DNA from: a phage
Reading direction: 5' to 3' (one strand)
Sequence record: PZ476263.1
DNA length: 64,000 nucleotides
In this document: one piece after another, positions 18,965 through 26,601 of the stretch
Layout of the letters: each line of letters starts with the position of its first letter
How positions within the stretch are numbered: the stretch's first letter is position 1
Made by a program: the position numbers and the translations under genes
The notes under the pieces: model-generated
Seen by the model: the letters and a program-made list of their open reading frames with translations, nothing else
Told to the model about the DNA's origin: nothing
Databases searched by the model: none

Positions 18965-19047
18965 GCGCGGGTGTATCTCAACGGTCTTCTAAACCGTCGT
19001 TAATCGAGTAATTGGAGTATGAAGGTTCGAGTCCTTCCTCCCGCGCT
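18965..19047 (+). tRNA. tRNA-like element, atypical (canonical anticodon arm with UCU and T-arm, but no canonical D-arm or encoded CCA)
   Basis: acceptor GCGCGGG/CCCGCGC; ACGGU-CUUCUAA-ACCGU anticodon hairpin; GAAGG-TTCGAGT-CCTTC T-arm. Confidence 0.35.
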
Positions 19048-19064
19048 AAGTTCTTTTAAATGCA

Positions 19065-19140
19065 GGCCCTTTAGCTCAGTGGTTAGAGCAGGCGACTCAT
19101 AATCGCTTGGTCGCTGGTTCAAGTCCGGCAAGGGCCACCA
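19065..19140 (+). tRNA. tRNA with CAT anticodon; anticodon stem and acceptor resemble enterobacterial tRNA-Ile2 (lysidine) rather than elongator Met
   Basis: GGCCCTT acceptor, GCTC/GAGC D-stem, GGCGA-CTCATAA-TCGCT anticodon arm, TTCAAGT T-loop, encoded CCA. Confidence 0.8.
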
Positions 19141-19157
19141 CTCAATAGTTTATTTAC

Positions 19158-19249
19158 AAGATCATTCAGTAATTAAGCGAATGCCGGAAGCAGAACCGGA
19201 TCAACAAATGCGTACGGGTGTCATCGCCACCTAGCAACTGAATGATCTT
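19158..19249 (+). other. long stem-loop RNA element (13-bp perfect inverted repeat flanking 66 nt), followed by U-run; possible terminator or small RNA
   Basis: AAGATCATTCAGT (19158-19170) and ACTGAATGATCTT (19237-19249); internal CCGG-aagcagaa-CCGG hairpin. Confidence 0.45.
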
Positions 19250-19332
19250 TTAAATTCTCTTAACCTCATAAAATCCTTGACATAATAAGAAATTCCTGAT
19301 AACATCTCTATATCGACTTAATTGAGGTGCTT

Positions 19333-19707
19333 ATGCCTAAAGCTGAAATCGTTACTAGAAAACGGGGTCGGCCTACTACAGAGGAAAGTATCGCTATCAA
19401 CACCGAGAAGGCGATTCTTCATGCTCGTTCAGAGTTTGCAAGACTTACTCCTCAGGCGATTAAGACTCTGGAAGGTCTACTCACTTCCGGTACAGAGAAA
19501 GTTAAAGAAACTACTGCGAAGTATATTCTTGAACAGGCTGAAAAAGCTAACAATCTGTACACGATGGAAGATAATGAGGAAGATTTAGCGGGAGGTTCAA
19601 CTTCTGCGGATTCTGATACTCATAAAGGCCCTTCTGATGTATTTAAGGATGCAATTCCTCTTACTACTCAAATCAGAGAGTATAAAATTGCAGAAGGTGA
19701 AAACTAA
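19333..19707 (+). CDS. hypothetical protein with N-terminal basic KRGRPT segment
   Basis: 124 aa from ATG at 19333. Confidence 0.4.
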   Translation: MPKAEIVTRKRGRPTTEESIAINTEKAILHARSEFARLTPQAIKTLEGLLTSGTEKVKETTAKYILEQAEKANNLYTMEDNEEDLAGGSTSADSDTHKGPSDVFKDAIPLTTQIREYKIAEGEN

Positions 19708-19728
19708 AGGCTCTTAGGGGCCTTTTAT
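19707..19728 (+). terminator. putative intrinsic terminator
   Basis: AGGCTC-ttag-GGGCCT hairpin followed by TTTTATT. Confidence 0.4.
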
Positions 19729-19946
19729 TAATAGTTCTTTTTAATGTAGTTGCTTGGTGTAATTTTTCGGCAGATGGCTGCAACCATCCTATCGATAACT
19801 CATAGTTAGTGCTGCAAACACTGGCTACCTTAAAGAGAATTTAACTCGTCGAATAAGGAAGATGCTGATCTCAAAGTGAGGTCACTTACCGCAAGGGGTG
19901 TGCATAGACTCCCGCTTCCGAATAGACTATGTGGCGAGATGTATTT

Positions 19947-20028
19947 GGGGACGTGGCAGAGCGGTCGAATGCGCCTGACTGTAAATCAGGTATCCCACAC
20001 GGTGGTTCGAATCCATCCGGCCCCACCA
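19947..20028 (+). tRNA. tRNA-Tyr (GTA)
   Basis: CCTGA-CTGTAAA-TCAGG anticodon arm, GGTGG-TTCGAAT-CCATC T-arm, acceptor CGGCCCC-A-CCA; overall like enterobacterial tRNA-Tyr. Confidence 0.75.
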
Positions 20029-20282
20029 AATTAAGAAGCAGGGTCGCTACCTGCAAGTCGTCGGACTGAGATTCCCTGAATAAGACCCGACTTTAAGGCG
20101 TACAAATGTTCGGTTTAAAGTCCCTTATCTCACAGTCGAAACGGCGCATCCTATTCAGCCGTGATGTGATGTAATCACTGACCTCTTTGAAGGATCATGG
20201 CATCCTATACAAAAAAAAAACCTGAATAATTTAGGTTTTAATGCCTGGGGGTTCGTAGCCCTATTACTAAGAGGACTTAACT

Positions 20283-20492
20283 ATGTTTACTATTAAAATT
20301 ATTGATATCGATGGAAATGAGACGGGTGTTTCAACAAGGCACTACAGATGGTACTCAAAAATGAATATTTTTGATGTGGAGGGTGGAGAATCTGTTTCTG
20401 TACCACCAAAAAGTCGTGCTTATGTAATGAATGACAAAGGAATAACCATCGGTAGATACACAAATACAGCGGATCAACGCGTTCTTAATTAA
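20283..20492 (+). CDS. hypothetical protein
   Basis: 69 aa ORF between tRNAs. Confidence 0.35.
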   Translation: MFTIKIIDIDGNETGVSTRHYRWYSKMNIFDVEGGESVSVPPKSRAYVMNDKGITIGRYTNTADQRVLN

Positions 20493-20493
20493 A

Positions 20494-20568
<75 letters not shown>

Positions 20569-20667
20569 AACACATATCCATCTGACGCGTTTATGGGGTT
20601 GACCTGATCAATCTTCTCCTAATTTCGTGTGAAGACATCATGATTGTTGGGATGGATAAACTTATTT

Positions 20668-20742
20668 TGGGGATTAGCCAAGCGGTAAGGCATCGGATTT
20701 TGATTCCGACATTCACTGGTTCGAGTCCAGTATCCCCAGCCA
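20668..20742 (+). tRNA. tRNA-Gln (TTG)
   Basis: TGGGGAT...AAGCGGTAAGG...CGGATTTTGATTCCG...GGTTCGAGTCC...CCCCAGCCA; very close to E. coli tRNA-Gln. Confidence 0.85.
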
Positions 20743-20747
20743 ATTAA

Positions 20748-20824
20748 CGGTGTGTAGCGCAGCTTGGTAGCGCATCTGGTTTGGGGCCAGAGGGCCGTTG
20801 GTTCGAATCCAACTACACCGACCA
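20748..20824 (+). tRNA. tRNA-Pro (TGG)
   Basis: CGGTGTG TAGCGCAGCTTGGTAGCGCA TCTGG-TTTGGGG-CCAGA ... GGTTCGAATCC ... CACCGACCA; very close to E. coli tRNA-Pro. Confidence 0.85.
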
Positions 20825-20871
20825 ATTTACCCTCATATAACAATAATAAATATTCTCCTCTCCTTCGCCTC

Positions 20872-20900
20872 GGCTCTCCTTTTTTGGAGGGCCTTTTTTA
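20872..20900 (+). terminator. intrinsic terminator ending the tRNA/early rightward unit
   Basis: GGCTCTCC-tttttt-GGAGGGCC followed by TTTTTTATTT. Confidence 0.6.
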
Positions 20901-20914
20901 TTTGGTCTTTCGGT

Positions 20915-20923
20915 GATAAAATA
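20915..20923 (+). promoter_or_regulatory. late-type promoter element GATAAAATA (extended -10-like TGnTAAAAT)
   Basis: gTGATAAAATAc 17 nt upstream of spanin start; same motif recurs upstream of other late operons. Confidence 0.45.
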
Positions 20924-20939
20924 CTCAAAGGAGGTAATC

Positions 20940-21302
20940 ATGCCAGATTTTAAAAAATATTTATTCATTGCTATATTCATAGTGTTCTTAATTTCATCTG
21001 CTAAGCTTTATCTTAATCATGTTGAATCAGTAGGTTACGAAAAAGGTTTCAATGTTGCTAACTCTGCTTGGGTAAAAAAGGCAGGGGAGTACAAAAAGAA
21101 AATTGACGATACATATGAAGAAAACAAGCGTCTTAACGAGGAGCTTTCCCGATCCAATCAGGAAAAGATAAAGGATGAAAAGGCAAAAGAAGAAAAAATT
21201 ACCGATATGCAGATCGAATACTACAAGTCTGAAAAAGGTAAGGATGTCTTTGACAATAATGAAATAATTGACATATACAACGAATCCTTGGGGGTAAAAT
21301 GA
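20940..21302 (+). CDS. i-spanin-like protein (N-terminal TM helix + periplasmic coiled coil)
   Basis: MPDFKKYLFIAIFIVFLISSAKLYL TM followed by charged coiled-coil; ATG at 20940 after AGGAGG RBS. Confidence 0.5.
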   Translation: MPDFKKYLFIAIFIVFLISSAKLYLNHVESVGYEKGFNVANSAWVKKAGEYKKKIDDTYEENKRLNEELSRSNQEKIKDEKAKEEKITDMQIEYYKSEKGKDVFDNNEIIDIYNESLGVK

Positions 21303-21598
21303 GAAAAATATTTATAGCTTTCTTCTTTTGCTTTTTACTTTCCGGTTGTCAATCAGCAGAAATCTGTGGCCCTACGGAAGAAGTAACTATTGAGAAGATT
21401 CTTCCTAAACCTGATCTTGAACTCCTTGTCAAAGAAAAGGAAAAGAAGCTCATCCAGAAGGGATCTACTAATGCAGACGTTGGAAAGGTCATGAGTGATA
21501 ACAATCTTCGTTCCAATCGTATAGAGCGCCGTTGGGAAGGCTTAAGGACTTACGTTTGCAACAGTTTCAAAAATATCCCTAAAGAATACTGCGATTAA
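21299..21598 (+). CDS. o-spanin-like outer-membrane lipoprotein
   Basis: signal peptide with lipobox FLLSGC; ATGA overlap with upstream i-spanin-like gene. Confidence 0.5.
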   Translation: MRKIFIAFFFCFLLSGCQSAEICGPTEEVTIEKILPKPDLELLVKEKEKKLIQKGSTNADVGKVMSDNNLRSNRIERRWEGLRTYVCNSFKNIPKEYCD

Positions 21599-21606
21599 CA
21601 TTGACA

Positions 21607-21638
21607 GGCCCTTGCTTTTATGCAAGGGCTTTATTTTT
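21607..21638 (+). terminator. intrinsic terminator
   Basis: GGCCCTTGC-ttttat-GCAAGGGCT followed by TTATTTTT. Confidence 0.6.
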
Positions 21639-21650
21639 AGTGCTTTTTGT

Positions 21651-21659
21651 GGTAATATA
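21651..21659 (+). promoter_or_regulatory. late-type promoter element GGTAATATA (variant of GATAAAATA)
   Basis: tgTGGTAATATAcc 37 nt upstream of terminase start. Confidence 0.35.
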
Positions 21660-21695
21660 CCTTTTATCGACAGAAGTCAATAGTTAAGGAGAATT

Positions 21696-22050
21696 ATGTC
21701 TGCTACATTCGCACCTGCGAGTCGCAAGCAACAAATGGTTCTCGAATCTACAGCACAGATTATGGTAATAGGTGGTGCAGCAGGATCAGGTAAATCATAC
21801 CTTTTACAGTTGATGCCTTTGCTTATTGTAAACGACCCTAAAACAGCCTGCATCATGTTTCGTCGTACTGTACCGCAGATTCGTGGACAAGGTGGCTTGT
21901 TTGACAAAGCTAAAGATATTTATAACCAGCTGCCTCCGGTAGTTAAGCCGAAGTTTAAAGAGAACGAGATGACTGCTACATTCCCTAACGGAGCAACCGT
22001 TAAGTGGCAGTCTATGCAACACGTAAGTGATAAATACGACATCCAGGGGT
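21696..22050 (+). CDS. terL: terminase large subunit, exon 1 (Walker A ATPase segment)
   Basis: IGGAAGSGKSY Walker A; frame terminates at TAA 22050-22052 inside predicted intron 1; predicted 5' splice site after U22050. Confidence 0.6.
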
Positions 22051-22960
22051 AAAAATTTCCTGCCCATCGTATCTTAATCGGTGAAACTCTGTTATAATAA
22101 GTACAGACAATACCGAGATCCATTACCTGAAATGACAGTAGGGAGATATGATGAAAAAATTTGAAATTGTTCCAAGCAAACCTGAATTTTCCGTAAGTGA
22201 AGACGGGCTGATTATGTTTACCTCTACAGGTACTATTCTTAAGCCGTATGTTGATAAGGATGGTTACCACAGGGTTAGAAATTTCTCTGCTGGAGGTAAA
22301 TCTCATTACATCGCCGTTCATCGCGCCGTTGCTGAGGTTTTTGTTAAAAACCCTAACCCAAAAGTGTTTAAGATTGTTAATCACTTGGATAATGTTAAGA
22401 GCAACAATCATAAAACCAATTTGGAATGGACAACCGAATCATTAAACCGAGTTCATGCAGTTCATGCCAACGGTACAGCATCTGTTAGAAACAATGTTAA
22501 ATTTACAGAAGGTCAAGTCAGAAAGGTGTGTGAACTTTTGAGCTTGGGCTATCGGATAGTTGATATTGTGAAACTTACAGGCGTTGATAGATTCAATGTG
22601 ATGGCAATTAGAAGCGGAAAATCTTGGGTTCAGATCTCTTGTGAGTTTGAAACTTTAAAAGTAGAAAGAAAAGATACACTGTCTGAAAAGACGATTCTTT
22701 GGATTAAAGACCAAATTAATCGCCAAAGGTCAGATGATGAAATACTTTTAATGTCGGTAAGACTTACAAAAGAAGAGCTTGAAAGAGCAAAGAAGATTAT
22801 TTCATTGATGGATTGTAACGACTAATGCTGATGAGTGTAAGCATGTAGGGCCAAGCGGTCCGAAACGATACGCCAAGGATGGAAGATATAGTCTGAACTA
22901 TATGGTGACATATAGCTGCTTAAGCAGGGTTAAGATTAGCGATCTTAATCGAACACAATG
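22051..22960 (+). mobile_element. group I intron 1 (about 910 nt) with internal HNH homing endonuclease ORF
   Basis: S element AAGATATAGTC at 22883-22893, R-like AACGACTAA at 22818-22825, P9 hairpin CTATATG-GTGA-CATATAG (GNRA loop), candidate IGS GCCC near 5' end, 3' end ...GAACACAATG. Confidence 0.6.
22148..22825 (+). CDS. intron-encoded HNH homing endonuclease
   Basis: DGYHRV...HRAVAEVF...NHLDNVKSNNHKTNLEW HNH core; lies wholly between terminase exons. Confidence 0.65.
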   Translation: MMKKFEIVPSKPEFSVSEDGLIMFTSTGTILKPYVDKDGYHRVRNFSAGGKSHYIAVHRAVAEVFVKNPNPKVFKIVNHLDNVKSNNHKTNLEWTTESLNRVHAVHANGTASVRNNVKFTEGQVRKVCELLSLGYRIVDIVKLTGVDRFNVMAIRSGKSWVQISCEFETLKVERKDTLSEKTILWIKDQINRQRSDDEILLMSVRLTKEELERAKKIISLMDCND

Positions 22961-23014
22961 TGGAATTTACATTTATAGGTGTGGACGAAGGCACTCAGTT
23001 TGAGTGGGAGCAGT
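22961..23014 (+). CDS. terL: terminase large subunit, exon 2 (54-nt micro-exon encoding Walker B-like FTFIGVDEGTQFEWEQ)
   Basis: in-frame segment between two intron cores; hydrophobic stretch + DE typical of terminase Walker B. Confidence 0.5.
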
Positions 23015-23341
23015 TAATCTAGCTGCCTCGTACAGTAATGTACGATGAGAAATTCTTGTGAATTGCTGGAAAATCCTTAGAGCTTGTAAAACTACAACAT
23101 GACCTGCAAAGGTGAGTGTGAATGTTAAAAATTTACAAGATTGGACGATCAGCCTCCAAGCCTCTTTACGAGAGGAAGGTTCAACGACTAGCCGAAAGGC
23201 GTAGATCATAAGCAAATGATGATCGAAGTGCAAGACCCCTACCTTATTGGTAGGGTGAAGATATAGTCTGATCTGCATGGTAACATGCAGCAGTGCTTGA
23301 GTGCACGGCAACGAACTTGCGATCCGTTGCGAACATAACAG
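23015..23341 (+). mobile_element. group I intron 2 (about 327 nt, ORF-less)
   Basis: IGS-like GCTGC pairing with exon GCAGU; R-like GTTCAACGACTAG 23179-23191; S AAGATATAGTC 23258-23268; P9 CTGCATG-GTAA-CATGCAG; 3' end ...GAACATAACAG. Confidence 0.55.
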
Positions 23342-24420
23342 TAGAATACATGATGTCTCGTCTTCGTTCCAGTTCTTCTTACCCTTCACGAATGGTAATT
23401 AGTTGTAACCCTGATCCTGATCATTATCTTCGTAAGATGGTTGATTGGTATCTCGATAAGGATGGTTATCCTGATCCTACAAAGGATGGAGTCATTCGAT
23501 ATTTCGTTCGAGTTGATGACCAATACATGTGGGGCGAATCAGTAGAAGAGCTTAAGAAGCGGTACGGTAAGAAATGTAAGCCTGTTTCTTTTACATTTAT
23601 ATCTTCTACTATTTACGATAACCCACCAATGCTTATTAACAACCCAGACTATCTAGCACAGCTGGAAGGTCTTAATGAGGTTGACAGAGCAAGACTGTTA
23701 CACGGCAACTGGGATGCACGTCCTCAGGGTGCTAACTATTTTAAACGTTCTTTTCTTAAAGAGGTTGATGTTCTTCCTTTAGGTGTAGATAAGGTTAGAT
23801 CATACGATAAAGCAGGAACTGAACGTTCTACAGGTAATAAAACACCTGACTTTACAGCCGGAATCGGTGTGGCGAGAGATCAGGACGGAATTTATTATCT
23901 TTTTGGCGATTATTGTGAAGAGTTTGTTGATGAAGGTGATTGGTCTACTGGCAACCTTGGTAGGTTCTGTAAGAAAGCTGGTGAACGAGATACGATCATT
24001 ATGAAACAAGCAATTCATGACGGTGATGATGTTAGAATAATATTCCCTGTTGACCCTGGTCAAGCGGGTATTGCTGAATTCACTACATCTTCCCGAGAAT
24101 TATTAAATCAAGGATTCATTGTTGAGAAAGACCCAACTCCTGGTAACAAGAAGAAGCTTGTACGCTTCTCTCCGTTTGCTAACCTTGCTCAGAACGGATT
24201 TGTTAGGATTGTTAAAAAGTCTTTCCCTTTGGATACCTATGAAGCATTAATGAAAGAGCTTGAATCTTTCAATGGTGAAAGGTCAACAGGGACACGTAAA
24301 GATGACTGGGTGGATGCTATCTCAACCGGAATAAATTTCCTTGAGAAAACAGAAATAGTCAGGGCTGTTACAATACCACGACCTTCTGCCCCAACACTTT
24401 ATTCGAAGTATCGACGATAA
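23342..24420 (+). CDS. terL: terminase large subunit, exon 3 (nuclease domain)
   Basis: continues ...EYMMSRLRSSSSYPSRMVISCNPDP...; acidic nuclease motifs DQDGIYYLFGDY, DPGQAGIA, DDWVDAISTG. Confidence 0.6.
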
Positions 24421-24429
24421 CCGAGGGGA

Positions 24430-25962
24430 ATGATTTTGAAAAATAAGAAAAGTCGTAAAACTAATGTTCGCAAAGCAACTAGCGAAGAATTAAATGTTTC
24501 TCGTCTTCGTATGAGTGAACAAGGTACTTTTGCACTGGCTAAGGTTCAGATCGAAACTGAACGAATGAAAGCCGAAGAAATTAAATGGCCTCAGCTTATC
24601 GGTACTGTTGAAGCTATGAAGCAAGATGCTACGGTAGCGACTGGCCTTGATATGCTGTATACTTTCGTAGAAAAAGCATTTAAGGATTTTAAAGTTATTC
24701 CTGGTAAATCAAAAGAATCACAGGATGCTGCCGACTTTATCACTTATTGTTTGAAGAATATGGAAGGACAAACTCTTCGCCAGTTTGCTCGTGATGCTGC
24801 AACATTTAATGAATACGGAATCTCCGTAGTAGAAAAAGTTTATACGCAGATCCTTACTGGTGAATATGCTGGCAAGTTTAAAATTAAAAATCTTGCTTTC
24901 CGACCACAAGCGTCTTTAAGTCGTAAAAATCCTCTCGTATATAGCGATGACGGTTCTAGAGTAATTGGCGTTAAACAGACCCTTACTTCTTTCAAGAATT
25001 ACACAAATAGCGTATTGGGCAATAGTTCTGGATTTATTGGTTCTCGCAACGGTGATGATGTTATCATTCCTGCAAACAAGGTTATGATCATGACCACTGG
25101 CGGATCTTCGTCTCAGGCACTAGGCGTTTCACCTCTGGTTGCTTGCTATCGACCTTGGCGTGAAAAGGTTCTGATTGAAAACTTAGAAGTTGTTGGTGCT
25201 ACAAAAGATATGGGCGGTGTTATCGAATTAAAGATACCTTCTTCCATACTTAACAAAGCTGCAATTGACCCATCAAGCTACGAAGCTGAAATGGTTCAGG
25301 GTCTAATGGCTGACGCAGCCAACGCCCACTCTGGTGAGCAATCTTTCTTTATGCTGCCTTCTGACACTAAAGATAACGCTCCTTTATACTCAATGTCTCT
25401 GAAAGGCATTGACGGTATGGGTAAACAGTACAGCACTCGTGACCTTATCAGTGATCGTAAGAAATCAATCCTTGATCGTTTGGGAGCAGGATTCCTTAAC
25501 GTGGGTAATGATGATGCTGGTTCTTATAATCTGTCTGAGTCTAAGCAAACAATCCACACTCAATTTGTACAACGTGTAAATGAAATTATTGCTGAAGCAT
25601 TAAATGAGAATTTACTCCCTCAGCTTCTGGCATTAAATGGTATTCGCCTTGAACAAAAAGAAATGCCTTTCATTAAATTCGGTCAGATTGTTGACACAGA
25701 TATGGAAGGATTCTCCAAAGCTGTACAGCGTATGGGTGCTGTAGGTTATCTGCCTAAGACTCCAGAAGTAATCAATAAGATCCTTGACGTACTTGGAATT
25801 GATTATCAGTTGGCAGAAGATATTTCTCAAGAAGACCTTATGTTGCTTCTTGGAGATAATACCAGTCGTTCAGGTGATGGCTTTGCGCCAGGTTCGACAG
25901 GAAACGGGACTGGAAAGATTAGTGCTTCAAGAGACAATTCAATTTCTAACTTAGAAAATTGA
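24430..25962 (+). CDS. portal protein (putative)
   Basis: 510 aa ORF immediately downstream of terminase; size and position typical of portal. Confidence 0.5.
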   Translation: MILKNKKSRKTNVRKATSEELNVSRLRMSEQGTFALAKVQIETERMKAEEIKWPQLIGTVEAMKQDATVATGLDMLYTFVEKAFKDFKVIPGKSKESQDAADFITYCLKNMEGQTLRQFARDAATFNEYGISVVEKVYTQILTGEYAGKFKIKNLAFRPQASLSRKNPLVYSDDGSRVIGVKQTLTSFKNYTNSVLGNSSGFIGSRNGDDVIIPANKVMIMTTGGSSSQALGVSPLVACYRPWREKVLIENLEVVGATKDMGGVIELKIPSSILNKAAIDPSSYEAEMVQGLMADAANAHSGEQSFFMLPSDTKDNAPLYSMSLKGIDGMGKQYSTRDLISDRKKSILDRLGAGFLNVGNDDAGSYNLSESKQTIHTQFVQRVNEIIAEALNENLLPQLLALNGIRLEQKEMPFIKFGQIVDTDMEGFSKAVQRMGAVGYLPKTPEVINKILDVLGIDYQLAEDISQEDLMLLLGDNTSRSGDGFAPGSTGNGTGKISASRDNSISNLEN

Positions 25963-25983
25963 TCTTTGCTTTAAATCAATCTC

Positions 25984-26601
25984 TTGCAAAACGTATCGTT
26001 CAGTGTTAAAATAAATATCACGGGAGCAATGATGGAAAACATTACTATCTCCGACCTTCCTTCACATACCTATCTGTCTCGAATTCAAAAGAGTCGGGCT
26101 GTGAAAAAGGCCAATGAGCTACTTGAAAAGGGCTTCAATAAGGAAGCCTCTATATCAGGAGCCATTGGCTCCGTTCTTATTCAAAAATCCAATCAGCAAG
26201 AAGAAATGATTTCTTATGAAATTATTTACGAACCTGATACTCCTGACCTGCATGGTCAGTGGATGAGTAAAGAAACATTAGTTAAGGCGCAACAGGATTT
26301 CAAAAAGGCTCAAGAAATAGGGGCCGTAACTGAAAACCTTTATCACTTGGTTGATACCGAAGCATTCAAGATCGTAGATCATTGGATTCAGCCAGAATTT
26401 GATGTAACTGTCGCTGCGACAGGTGAAGTCATTAAAGCAGGATCTTGGGTAGCAAAAGTTCAATATACACCTGAAGCATGGGAATTGAAAAAGGCTGGCA
26501 TCGTCGGCGGATTATCTCTTCAATGTGGCGGGATGTTGAATGAAGAAACAAATGAGCTATCCGATCTTGATTTCAGTATCGCATTGGAAGAGGAAGAATA
26601 A
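25984..26601 (+). CDS. head maturation protein (possible prohead protease); start probably at 26029
   Basis: position between portal and scaffold; GGGAG RBS before ATGATG at 26029. Confidence 0.3.
   Translation: MQNVSFSVKINITGAMMENITISDLPSHTYLSRIQKSRAVKKANELLEKGFNKEASISGAIGSVLIQKSNQQEEMISYEIIYEPDTPDLHGQWMSKETLVKAQQDFKKAQEIGAVTENLYHLVDTEAFKIVDHWIQPEFDVTVAATGEVIKAGSWVAKVQYTPEAWELKKAGIVGGLSLQCGGMLNEETNELSDLDFSIALEEEE

Noticed and set aside
20208-20222. A10 homopolymer in the tRNA region considered as a slippery or phase-variable site
   Set aside because: Intergenic, not within any ORF; probably just AT-rich spacer, possibly part of a promoter UP element.
20619-20843. 74-aa minus-strand ORF
   Set aside because: It is antisense to tRNA-Gln and tRNA-Pro and translates their sequence; artefact of the ORF caller.
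22051-23341. Interpreting the whole terminase interruption as a single ~1.3-kb intron or as an intein
   Set aside because: Two separate S/R core pairs and a clean in-frame 54-nt Walker B segment between them argue for two introns; an intein is excluded because the insert has stop codons in the terminase frame and the HNH ORF is in a different frame.
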